In this document: positions 1 through 11,999 of the stretch, in pieces
Layout: each line of letters begins with the position of its first letter
How positions within the stretch are numbered: position 1 is the first letter of the stretch
From: Utricularia gibba
Lineage: Eukaryota > Plantae > Magnoliophyta
NCBI GenBank assembly: GCA_002189035.1
Contig: NEEC01000010.1
Span: forward strand, 2,976,001-3,040,000
Direction of reading: 5' to 3'
Length of the DNA stretch: 64,000 bases
Notes under the pieces: model-generated
Seen by the model: the letters and a program-made list of their open reading frames with translations, nothing else
The model's database searches: none
Told to the model about the DNA's origin: nothing
Program-made: the position numbers and the translations under genes

Positions 1-177
1 CTTGAAAGACTCAGCATACCAGTCAAGGTGATTGCTGAAAGTTTGTGGCATTTGTGAGTTATCCATGTGAACTATGAACACCTTATCCTTGGACCGGATT
101 CCTTCTTGCGGATCAGCAAGTGCTTGAAACAAGAACAGCAGAAACACATGTGGGAAGATGGATTTACAGATCTCCAT
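1..177 (-). CDS. Subtilisin-like serine protease (S8, SBT1-like), 5' end only; continues beyond window start
   Basis: Manual translation of 177->1: MEICKSIFPHVFLLFLFQALADPQEGIRSKDKVFIVHMDNSQMPQTFSNHLDWYAESFK. This is a hydrophobic signal peptide followed by the start of the I9 prodomain (xxIVHMDxSxMPxxFxxHxxWY) typical of plant subtilases. Not in the supplied ORF track. Confidence 0.85.
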   Translation of the reverse strand, partial: MEICKSIFPHVFLLFLFQALADPQEGIRSKDKVFIVHMDNSQMPQTFSNHLDWYAESFK

Positions 178-1653
178 CTCAACAACAACACAGAGCAGCC
201 AATGCTTCTTGTTCTCAGCAAAGGCCAGTGCTTCAGGAAGTTGTAAGCAGCGGTTTTGTTGTTTGGGGATTATAATTGCGCCTCATTTTCATTACAATGA
301 AGTGGGTACGGGTCCACTTCTTGTTGAAGGATTGTAAAAGATGACAGCTGCTCGGATTCAATAATTCATGTCTAATCACTTGATGCAAATCGAGATGAAT
401 GGCGCATCTCATTTAGCTTCGAACCCGCTTTATGACTCACCTCTGTGCTCATCTTTTTCTTCCTTAGGATCCATCACCAAGTCTAGGATACGAGGAGATG
501 ACGAGGAGCAAGATCCTACAGTACAGGATGAAAGGGTACTGTTGGAGTGCTAGATGTGGCATGAAAATCTAAATCCAGACCTGTACAATTCTGTGCTGAA
601 ATTGGTTGCCTACCCTTCTGCATCCAGACTGTCCAAAGATGCTCCTTGTCCATGGGGAAGTCTTGTCCTTCCAACCAGGACATTTAAACATGTAACTGAC
701 TTATTCATCTCTGATGTGAGTTTGTTTTGGAAGGGAGGCGAACTGTAAATGGGATGAAAAGGCGGCAGCACATGGAGCGATCAGTGGACCAGTAGCCATT
801 TATTGGGGACAAGAACTCTAGATTTGTTCTCAGCCGTTGGTTTGCAAAAATGGCATCCTGCTTCAGATCTCATTTGCCGTGGAAGTGCTTCATCCATCAA
901 GCTTATGGTGGAAATGAAGATCAAGTACTGCAAGATTCTCAGATTCGAGGCTATGGACGACATTGTCTTATATTTTCAACGTAGAGCCCAGCCCCATCTG
1001 TGTTTTCCGGCGGGGACCGGTGGCATAGTCTACTCACGTCCGGTGCATGAACGGATCCGTCGGCCGACAATATTGCATGTGCGCAAATGGGCTACTACTA
1101 ATGCTTACTATTTTCTTGATATCATGTTCCAATTGAAATTTGAATGGTTGTCTGGACGTCATTTAAGACTCCCCCTCTCTCTAAAGAGCCGTTGGTTGAG
1201 TTGCAGGTAGCTCCTTCTGGACTGCGGCTCCAAGCGAGCGGGCTTTGCAACAGCGACCTGGGGGTGATGCCATCACGTCCAGCTCCCAGAGCGAACCGGA
1301 ATGGCGCCACCGTCGCATAGGCGCGAACTGCCAAGGTACAAGCGAAGCTCCTCCCAAGACTGATTCCTACTATATCACTGGTTTTGGCGACAAGGTGACG
1401 GCGGCGCTCCTGCGGGGCGAGCCACATTTGAGGAAAACAACCGCCGGGGTCAAGAAGCATCCTTCCTGTTGCTGCTGTGGGATTGCCGGTTGAAGAAAGA
1501 ATGGAGATGGTTGCAGTTACAAATGGGATTCAAGTTTTGTGGGCGGTGCAGAGATAGCTGCATGTTCTTCTGTATAACTACCATAGGTCAGAACTGTTAA
1601 GTTCTACATATTTGGAGGAATACAGGAAAGTGGATCACAGTCAGAACACTTGT

Positions 1654-4600
1654 TCATTTGGAACCCACCGGAATCTTCTTCACAACAACGGCGACCGCCA
1701 TTCCAAAAAATCCAATCGCCACCGTGGCTAGCCACTGGAACAGCGTGAGCGGATGTGTGTTGGCAAATGTTCCCAGATACTCCACGATCACGAACTGGAA
1801 GAGGATGGTGCAGGCCAAGACGCCCATGAATACATAGTTGACAAGCATTCCTTTGAAGACATTCAACTTCTCCATCTCCCTGGAGCTGATCTCATTGAAA
1901 ACCTGCATCCACAGCAACTGTTGCCATCTGTTTTGTGACAGAGGTTTGTTTCTCTTGTGAAAGGTCTTACCTGGCAGAAGACGAAGGCGTTGAATATAAT
2001 GGTATTCAGTATCAAGTCAGAGTCTTCGCCCTGAAGATGGAAAGCCTCCTTTCCGGAAGTCTGGAGATACCATAAGACAGTGAACTGATAACTAGACTGT
2101 CCGAGGATGTTCCTCCACATCACGTTGCTGATGAACTTTCCCTTTCTTCCCACAGGAGGCCTCTGCATCAGTTCATCTGTGGGAGGCTCTGTGGCCAACG
2201 CAAGTGCTCCGAGTGTGTCCATTATCATGTTAACCCAAAGAAGCTGCACTGCAGTCAGAGGGGCGCTGCCTGAAAGCCATGATGATCAAGACATCAGCAT
2301 CCATTATCCAGAACCGAAGCACAAGTTCAGAGACACTGTTTTGAATGACTAGACACACCTGTTAAGCAGGCTGATGAGAAGTTGACAATTAGAGCTACCA
2401 CGTTGACAGTCAGTTGAAACTGTACAAACTTTTGAATGTTTACATAAATTGAGCGACCCCATTTTGCTACAGTGACAATGGTTGAGAAGTTGTCATCTAG
2501 AATTATGACATCTGCGCTCTCTTTGGCCACCTGGGAAAAAAAGAACAGAGAGCTGATGAGTAAAGATTCACATTCACAGAAAGAAAATGAAGGATCATTC
2601 TGTGAAAGCTTTAGAAAAGGTGAATAAGAAGCTTGTGGAGCAGCATTTCAGTCACAGGATTTTGGCACCTCAGTCCCGGAGATCCCCATTGCAAGGCCAA
2701 TGTCTGCTTCATGAAGTGCAGGGGCATCATTCGTTCCATCTCCGGTAACTGCCACAACTTCAGTGGATCGCAAATGTGTCACGAGTAAATGCTTATCCAT
2801 AGGTGAAGAACGAGCCATCACCTTTTGAAGGGAAACTATATCAGACTTGGAGATAATCTAGTAAACAAGAAACAATGCAAAAACTTCTAGAGTGCATACC
2901 TGTAGCCTTGGAATCAGTTCCTGCATTTCCTGCGTGTTCTTTACCCGAAAATCAGGGCCTTCTATCGCAAGACCATCATCAGTTAGTATCCCACATTCCC
3001 TAGCTATAGCCTTGGCAGTGTTTATGTTGTCTCCAGTTACCATCCTCACTGTAATGCCTGCTGATCGACATATTGCAACTGATTCCTTGACTCCTGGGCG
3101 GACAGGATCTTTGATTCCAACAAGTCCAATCAGAGTATAGCACTCGAAGGGTATAGGGTCCTCAGGTGAGAAATCATTACCAACGTTCTTATAAGCAAAA
3201 CACAGTGTTCTTAGAGCTTCACCAGCAAATCTTTCAATGGTTTCTCTCATGTGTCGGACTGATCCTTCATCCAGTTCAACAACTTCCCCAGAAGAATTCA
3301 AGGTTTTGTCACATGCAGCCAGAATAATCTCAGATGCTCCCTTGCAATGAGCCTGGAAACCTCCCTCAGGGAGCTCCAAAACAACGCCCATGCGCTTTTT
3401 CTCGGAATTAAAGGGCTCGACTTTTACTATCTTTGCAGCATTTCTTTCTTCCTTAAAGTTTCCACCAAGAAACAGACCAAACTCGAGAAGGGCAGTCTCA
3501 GTGGGACTACCAAGAATTTCAACTTTCCCATCTTTACCAGTGACAATGTCTCCACCTGTGTTGCTGAATATCGATCTCTGAAACAATTTCATGACCTGAT
3601 CAGGGATGCCAGAGCAGAAAAGAGAGCACTTCTCATTAACAACTTCCCCTATGTTCCCACATAGGCAGGCTTTCACAACAGTCATGTGATTCGTTGTTAG
3701 TGTCCCTGTCTTGTCACTACAGATAGTTGTGGATGATCCCATGGTTTCACACGCTGCTAAATGGCGAACAAGTGCCTTGTCATTCATCATTTTCTTCATT
3801 GCAAATGCAAGACTCAAGGTAACAGCTAAAGGCAAGCCTTCAGGAACAGCAACCACCACAATTGTCACTGCAATTGCGAAGTATTCCAGCAGCTTAAGTG
3901 CATCATCGCTTGAAAAGCTCCAATTTGCCCCTTGACTAATCTTCTCACTAACCAGTCCTTGGACAAGAACAGAAAAGGTGACAATAGCGAAAAAGAGACC
4001 TATTTTCCCAATGACAGTAGCCACTCCATTCAGCTTAACTTGCAAAGGCGTTTCATCATCGCCACCTTCGCATAGAGTTGCCATCAGCTTTCCCCACTGA
4101 GTTCTCATCCCAACAGCAGTAACCAGCATCTTGCAGGATCCGTCCTGCACTTTAGTACCAGAGAGAAGAAATGGATGTTCTGCAGAAACATTCACAGGTT
4201 CGCTCTCTCCAGTTAAACTAGATTCATCAATCACCAAAGAATAACCTGACACAAAAAGTCCATCCGCTGGAACTTGATCTCCTATAGATAGATGAACTAT
4301 GTCACCAGACAATAAATCAAATATTGAAACTTTTTGCCGGTATCCATCTCTAGTTACCTGTACTGTTATCTTTTTCTTCTCCTTATCTAATTCCTTGAAC
4401 TGCAATGACTGCTTGTAGTCACTTGAGGCAGTCACAAACACAACAAGAAGAATACTAGCAGCAATTCCAAGGCCGTCATGAGCACCCATGGGCCACCCTT
4501 CAGTGGCAATGCCAACAACTAGAGATACAAGAGCGCAAACGGCAAGAATCATAAGAGTTACATCTTGCAATGCTTCCCATGCATATAGCCAAAACCCCTT

Positions 4601-5321
4601 TGGAGGACTCTCTGTGAATTTATTGATCCCATAAATTTCTCTTCGGTGATTAAGGGATTCTTCTGAAACAGAAATGCCATCACTGACTGAAGTTTTTAGC
4701 TTTTTTGCAATACCCTCAACGCCATCATGAATTTTCAGTTTTTCCACATTATGTCCTTCAGCAATTGATCCCAGCTCATCAGCACTTAATTCAAATCCTG
4801 CTCTCCTGGCTGCCTCAGGTACACCATGAGGGATACCTGCAAAGACTCAGCCCATAAGCACAACCCAGAAGCAAACTCTGAGTTTAATATATTTTCCGTA
4901 AAATCTGACCTTTAATGAAGCCCACGGCAGCTTGAGAGACTAGCAATGCAACTCTAAGTTTCTGAGATACAGGGGAAATTAACGCTGTCACTCTTATTAG
5001 CCGAAAAAAGAGGAAGTTGAAATCTTGAGAGTTGTGAATACCCCAGTCAATTATAGCAGAAGATGAAACATTAACAGGTAAAGAAATGCAGAGAGTTCAG
5101 AGCAGGGTATGAAACTACAAATAGTTCCGAAAATCACTATTTGAAACCTGATTGGACTTTTGGATCTCACGAATTTCAGACCGCTTGGAGAGGTTGGCCG
5201 TGTACCGGAACCTCCTTTTTCGATTCTTAACCAACCAACAAGCTCGTCTCCATCTCTGCAGCGCCTCCTCCGAAGAATGCTTAGTTTTCACCTCAGAGAA
5301 ATCCTTCATAGAGCCCGCCAT
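1654..5321 (-). CDS. ACA: Autoinhibited Ca2+-ATPase, P2B type (ACA1/2/7-like), multi-exon
   Basis: N-terminal CaM-binding/autoinhibitory [28 protein letters not shown]; SLTGES; PEGLPLAV; phosphorylation motif DKTGTLT; MVTGDN; [14 protein letters not shown]; QFQLTVNV; [21 protein letters not shown]; stop after [12 protein letters not shown] exon joins traced. Confidence 0.96.
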
Positions 5322-7257
5322 TAACCAATCCGAACGAGATATCAAATCTACCAAACTAATGCAAAGTTGCAGCTGAAGATCAGGAAACAGGGAGAGCCCA
5401 GGAAAGGAATCTTCATCACAGAATCATGTAAAAGTGGCAACACACGGGAAAAAAGATAGACTTCTTCAAAAGCAAAGGTCAAGTTTTCCGTGTTGATCTT
5501 GCCCAATTTTCCCAGAAGGGGCTGCGGTCTGCCATTCACACTTGTACCCCATTCTTTTGGGAAAGAAGAAATGTCTCCGGGAAGACGAATTCAGGCCCTC
5601 CTACCTTGACCCGCTTTTTAAAATTTAAAACTGTCACCCCATTCATTTAATTCTCCTTACCCACCTCAACGGCGCAAGTCGTCACCGGAGTTGCTTGCAT
5701 CCAGGTTATGGTTGGTTTAAGTGAGATGAGTTTGTGAATCCAATCCAACACTGCGTGCCCATTTAGTAACATGAACGTTCTCCGAAGATGACGACAACAG
5801 CGCTTGGCGACGGATCGATCATAGGAACGATGTCTATGCGTGATGCAGAGATTGTAAACAGAAAAGCTTCTCATGCAGACGCTCTGCGTGCTTACAGGTT
5901 TACCTGTACATTGGAAGGGAAGAGGGAGCAGTTTCATCGCATCTTTTCACCCCATCTGTCTCTGCATTTAGAAGAGAGAGGCCAAGCAATGGTGACACTG
6001 CTAGTCCTACTACCGATGACTGATTCTCACAACCACGAATGCAGAAATGAGTTCAAATAGGGATCGTAGTCTCGGCCTGCCGGTGGACAAAGATCAAGAA
6101 GAACGAAGACGAACCCAATAGACCTTCGCGCCCCATTCACGCAATGAAAACCCTAATTTGAAGGAGGGGCTTCTGCGGAGGCGATACACTCTTCTAAGCA
6201 ATGTATCGGAGATTCAGTCAAGAAAACAATTCTTCCTCCATCTCTTGGAGTATATGAACGGATTCGGTTCCTAAACTAGCTCATACCAGCAAACGAACGT
6301 CGATTCCAAGTAATGTCATCTGCCGTATTTATCACCACTGCCCTGTGGGGTTCAACCTGCAGTCCATGCCTCCTGGAACAGAACCCGACGCCTGGAATGC
6401 TACCACTCTTTGTTGCAGAACAAGCAATGCCGACTTCAACGAGGACAATCTCCCCTGTTCCAATACGCTTCTTGTTGCCGGTATCCCCTCCCGGTGGCCA
6501 CCGAGCATGCTCTGTCTCGCAAGATGTAGCTAGACGACGACGACGTATTGGCGACATGAGTCCGAGTATCTGCGTACATGGTCGTGCCGTGCTTCGTATT
6601 CATGTTGTAAGAAAGGGACGTATGAATGATCACAGCAAGGCCCTGCTGGGACAATGCACTATTTGTTGATCTGGCAACAGGCTTCTTCTCGGCCCCTCTT
6701 GCACTAGCCATTCCATCACGTGGGTGCGATTAGTTATCAAATCCTCCCCTGCAACACCCCCTCTCCCAATCCACTACTGCTGTTCACCGTTCCCTCAACA
6801 CACACCCACATGCCCCATACTGCTCTGTTTCAGAATTCCCCGAAAGGTGGGATTTTTACGCACCCCATCTCTGGGAATACCTCGCATTGCTGGTTTTTTA
6901 TCCTCGGGAATTTGGTGGAAGAACAAACTCAGTGTTTGAGCCGCGTCAGGGGCCATATCAGTCGCTGGCGTTCTTGTTTTTTAGCATGAAACCGGATCCT
7001 GGTCAGTGCCAGCCAGTGGGCTGCTCTTTTCTGGTTAAATGCATATGTATCTCTTGGACCCCCTCAGTGCGCCTAGCAGGGACAACTGGCTACTGCGGGC
7101 ATGGATATGGATATGGATAGCCTCCGATTCTTTAACCAGGCGGTTGGTTGAGCCATGGCGTTACTGCACGAATTACGTTGTGGGTAAGCGCTCCATCCCC
7201 ATCTCAAGCCCTTCTCTTGATTCCTATATATTGAGCCAATTCTTGGGCTCCCAGTCT

Positions 7258-7854
7258 ATGGATTCTGAAAGCAAGAGCGGGTGTGATTCTGGATGGACTC
7301 TGTACCTGGACAAGCGCTCCGATTCCAGCGAAACATGCTTCTTCTCTCTGGAAGAAGCTCCGAGTGATGAGGACGATCTCTCTATGGTTTCTGATGCATC
7401 ATCCAGGCCTCCCGAGCCTCGCTGTGATTCGACGGTCGACCGGGAAAGGGGAGATGGGAACAAAGGGAATCCGTTCGTCGGCGACACCAGTTTCCTTGAT
7501 AAGCACAAGGCAAGTTCATGGGATCAAGAAGATGGTCTTCATGCTTCTGGTTAACTTCCTCTCTGTTCTCTCTGACAGTCCATCTTTGCAGGGCAATGCA
7601 GCCCCTGGGAAGAGCCGCCTTCACTCCAATGGCAATATCATCAATCTCCCTCAAGTACTTCCTCCTCTAAGCTTCTTGAGTCTGATACACCACTTCCTTT
7701 GCTGTACACCATGTCTGGTTTCTTACTCCAGGGAGATCCAACAGCGAAGAAGCATGCAAAGCAGCTGGGAGCATCTTCCAAGAAAGGGAAATCAGGTGCG
7801 TCGGGTTTACTCATAAAGACCAGAACCCACACAGATTCAAGAAGATCTCCATAG
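7258..7854 (+). CDS. SOB FIVE-LIKE (SOFL) family protein; proposed exons 7258-7509, 7592-7654, 7732-7854 (3' end uncertain)
   Basis: MDSESKSGCDSGWTLYL (SOFL-A SGWTxY) and DDLSMVSDASS (SOFL-B) motifs; TATA-like CCTATATA at about 7223. Downstream exons are inferred from splice consensus and phase. Confidence 0.8.
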
Positions 7855-8852
7855 AAGGAGCTGTTGGAAGCTCCCAGATAAGAAACCAGTAGAAGATGCA
7901 CGAAGCCAGTAGCTGTTTTCTAGTGTACTCCAGTTCTATTCCGCTCCAAAAAACACCCAATCCAAGTTTCCTCCAGTTAGCAGAAGAGGAAGCAGAAGCA
8001 GAAGCAGAGGAATGCCCTGCCAGCTCACACAGGAATCATGATGGGGCTGGGCACCTCCGTCATCACCGAAGGACGGAGAAGCATTCCAAAATAAACGCTG
8101 TAGACAACTCATGACTTCCATTTCGGATCGTGCCCGCCGCCCAATTCCCTTGTAATGAAACGTGAAATCCAACACAATTCTACCGTACATCGCCTCCCTT
8201 CTTTCTAACATCAGCAGCTACATGCAATAATTGAGAATTTATATGCATATTTCCCCTCGAAAACTAATTTCCAGCTATTAATATACTGTCTTCAATTTTA
8301 TTTTTATTTTATTTTTGTACCTAACACATCGAAATTAGAAGGTGCTTGATAGTAACACCTAAACTAAGAAGAATTTTAATTTTTTAATAAAAATTATTGA
8401 ATTCGAACCCAAAAAATCATGGATTTGAATTTAAATGTGTGGGTTCAATCCATGATTTTAAAACGTTGCAACAAATAGTGTTTTTTTGAAATAATTTCAA
8501 TTTATGAATCATAGACTTGATTGAAATCTGTAAATAAGTTTAATCTGTTTAAATAATTATTTTTAAATATACTTAACAATTATTAAATTAAAGTCAATCT
8601 ACTTTTAGTTATGGATTAAAACCTATTTTTGAAACAATGGCTACAAATTTCAAACTACGTAAAATATTTTTAATACGAAGTAGAAATTATTTTGTGAATC
8701 TTTATTTAATTTATTAATTATTGTTTGTGGATAATGCGGTTTCCCTTCATACATCACTGAAGCTGTACGGTTGGCATCCTGGTTTATCTTGTTCGTCGCT
8801 GCGCCTCAAGTCGGCTCTCTCTCGGAAGACAAACAGTCGAGCGTACTTGGAA

Positions 8853-10878
8853 ATGGCTGCGATCTCCTTCCTCTCTACTGTTTCTTCTTCGCTTTCGCTG
8901 ATTCCCTCGACCTCCACTGCCTCCGCCGCCACCACTTCATCTCATTCTGTGGGTGTTATTACCTGCTGTTTTTAATATGCGCGACTTTGTTGTCGATGGC
9001 GGCAATGTGCTGCCTTCCGCAGGTCTGATGATTTGTGTAATTAGGTAATCAGAGGACCGGTGAGCTGCAAGATCGGGGGTGACGTCGGCGGGGATGATCG
9101 GTTTTCGAGACGCCGCGTTTTGCAGTTTTCTGGTGCTGCAATTGCCGCGGTTAGTCTATGCTGTGATGGTTGCGTATTGATGGATTCGGATTGATTCGAG
9201 CGCTCTGCTCGTGTTTGTTTTTCTGGCCGATTGCTGTGACCTGATGAGTTTTGTCAGTGTAATGATCTCAGGATTTGGTTGCGAGATCGAGCTCCTTCGT
9301 TGAAACTGCTAGCGCTGCTGACTTGATCCAGCGCAGGCAACGTTCGGAATTTCAGGGTAAGCTCCATGCATTGAACCGGGAATTGTCTCTGTTTGATTCC
9401 ACTTCAATTGACTTGGGCTTTCCTTTACAGCAAAAATCAAAGACACACTCGCAGGATTGCTGAAGGTAAGATCCCTATCAATGTGGCTGAAATGGTATGC
9501 AATTACTGGAATTCGGCATGTCCTAACACCAGCTCCATACTTTTGCACTCTCAGAATAACCCAGATTTGATCCCACCTGTATTAACTTTGGCCCTGAATG
9601 ATGCTATTACATATGACAAGGTCAGACACGGTCTTGTAGTTTTGTTGTCTACTTTGTTCCAGTCACGAGAACCATCTTTTGATTAAGTTTTCAGGCAACC
9701 AAATCTGGAGGTCCCAATGGATCCATACGCCTTAGGTAATGTGAAGGGCGAAACAGTTTCATTTTTGTCCTCTGTTGGTTTGCTGGTTTACCTTTACTTG
9801 AATTATCTTCTTGTTGTTTCCTTCTTCAAGCCCAGAGATTAGCCGCCCAGAAAATAAAAATCTTGCTGCCGCTTTAGATTTGCTAGAGCTGGCAAAAAAG
9901 GAAATTGATTCATATTCTAAAGGTGGACCTATATCATATGCTGACCTTGTACAACTTGCAGGTTAGGCTTGTGCCGAAATCACTACCACAAGGAAGTTTT
10001 TACCTCTTGAACTAATAGATGTGTTTTCTCCCCCTATACATTCAGCTCAGAGTGCAGTAAAATCCACTTTCTTGTCCTCGGCCATTCGGAAATGTGGTGG
10101 AAATGCTGAGAAGGGGATCCTACTATACACCGCCTACGGTTCAACAGGGCAGGTCAGCAGTCTCATTCTTCCTCAGAATCATGTCAAACTCACATCACCC
10201 CTGATGAGCTTCCCAATCACCATCTGCATTCTTTCACAACCTTTTCATTTCAATGCCTAAAACCGTCGAGAGACTAGCACATCAAAGCACATTCATGCAT
10301 AATGTTGTGTGCGCAGTGGGGGCTTTTTGATAGGCAATTTGGGAGAACAGACGCTGAACAGCCAGATCCAGAGGGAAGAGTGCCTCAGTGGGAAAAATCC
10401 AGTGTTGCGGATATGAAGAGCAAATTCTCTGCTGTTGGCCTGGGCCCTCGCCAGGTAAAACACACCCTTGTTCTCTTGTTCTACGCTGGCATTTCTGCTC
10501 AATTCCCCTGGTTACTCATCCAAATACCCTCCTCCATCTTGCAGCTGGCTGTCATGTCAGCGTTCCTCGGACCAGACCAATTGGCTACGGAGGCGCTGTT
10601 GGCATCAGATCCAGAAGTCTTACCATGGGTTCAGAAGTATCAACGCAGCCGGGAAACCGTATCACAAACTGACTACGAGGTTCGTACTCCAATCTCCACA
10701 TCATCAACAAGGATAAACAAACCCCACTGCATGTTGCTCCATTTCCGTTCCTGATGATGTGCGTGCAGGTTGATCTGATCACCACTTTGACAAAACTCAG
10801 CAGCCTGGGGCAGCAGATCAACTACGAGGCCTACACCTACCCCCCCGTAAAGTCGACATCACCAAACTCAAGTTGTGA
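8853..10878 (+). CDS. APX4: Thylakoid lumen 29 kDa protein (ascorbate-peroxidase-like TL29), multi-exon; one apparent -1 frameshift near the C-terminus
   Basis: Ser/Thr/Ala-rich transit peptide; AADLIQRRQRSEFQ; LALNDAITYDK; GGPISYADLVQLA; AIRKCGGNAEKG; WGLFDRQFGR; LAVMSAFLGPDQ; KYQRSRETVSQTDYE; GQQINYEAYTYP. Adding one C at 10840-10846 gives the family-type end RKVDITKLKL*. Confidence 0.95.
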
Positions 10879-11137
10879 TCATCTGTTGATGCACTTGTGT
10901 TCCTCAAGTGTCAGGCCTGTACTTCTTCCTAGCTACCTTGTCATACCATGCAAGTCCCTGCCATTCAACAGCGGATTCGAAATGAATTTGAGTTGAATCG
11001 AATCTAATTCGGAAGTGAAATGCAAAGGCACTTGAAAATATAAAAATAGTGCAGGTGTGCGGGAAATGAACAGTTGAGGGGATCATTTTAACCTGTAGGC
11101 TGGTCGATTGGAGGACTCTTGCCGTTCCCACATCGGC

Positions 11138-11739
11138 ATGGCGTCCAGGGCGAGCATCTCCGACGCCTGCGGCGGCGCGGTATCACTGGATTGTATTCCT
11201 GTTGTGGATCTACGGCTGTTCTCCCAATCCGAAATCTATTCCCTCTCCCTGTGTTCTTCCTCTGCCTTAGACCCACGCCGATGTCAAGAAATCGTAATCC
11301 CCAAGATTGATCGCTCCGTCTTCAACGAGTCTGCCGGCTCTCGGAAGCAGACTTACACCCGAATCCGCCTTGCTCCGCCGCACTCTCATGAAGAAGCCGT
11401 GATCCCTAAGGCTGATCGCTCCGCCCTCGACGAGTCCCCGGTTCTCGGAAACAGACTTGCTCCCGCCTCCACCTCTCTCCTCCCCATTCTTCTTCCGCAT
11501 ATTCTCGACGCCCGGACGTTCAACTCTCGACCTCCGTCGAGGGTGAATCCAACAGTGAAGATGTGGAGAATGCCCAAATCGTTAATCTTCTGAAACAATT
11601 GTTTGTGGGGGACGTGAGTCACGTTGAAGCGGTAACGGTCGTTGAAGCCACATGCGGCGACCAATTCCGGCCGCCTCCTCTCATCTCTCCGTCTAATCGT
11701 GACACTGCCGGAAACAAAAGGAAGCGCATCCGAACATGA
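11138..11739 (+). CDS. MBD8-like N-terminal-domain protein, short, no MBD domain visible; apparent -1 frameshift at 11436-11439
   Basis: IPVVDLRLFSQSEIYSLS and IPKIDRSVFNESAGSRKQT match the conserved N-terminus of Arabidopsis MBD8-type proteins. After frame correction: ENAQIVNLLKQLF and KRKRIRT*. The 3' end is uncertain. Confidence 0.65.
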
Positions 11740-11999
11740 CGACACACATGGAACTAGCTGCATCTGTTCCGCAGGCCGAAAGCCCCAGGCAAGTTCAACT
11801 AACCCTGAGTGTTTCATCCATGATTCTTCTTCATTTTCAGGCCAAGCCTGGATTGTTTGATGTTGCAATGGATGAACATAAAGTGTAGCTTCAGCCATTA
11901 CCTCAAAAGTAAATCTCTTCTCCTCTCTTCCTCTAAACATACCATCAAATTTTCAAATGCATCAGTCACAGGGTATCAGTTGATAGATCCATCATACTA

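Noticed and set aside
7641-8211. Minus-strand ORFs 7641-7901 and 7936-8211 as a separate gene
   Set aside because: No recognisable motifs; they overlap the inferred SOFL exons and 3' region.
11126-11135. TCCCACATCG, an exact match to the plant snRNA upstream sequence element (USE)
   Set aside because: No TATA box 25-35 bp downstream and no snRNA-like sequence follows; it sits directly before a protein-coding ATG.
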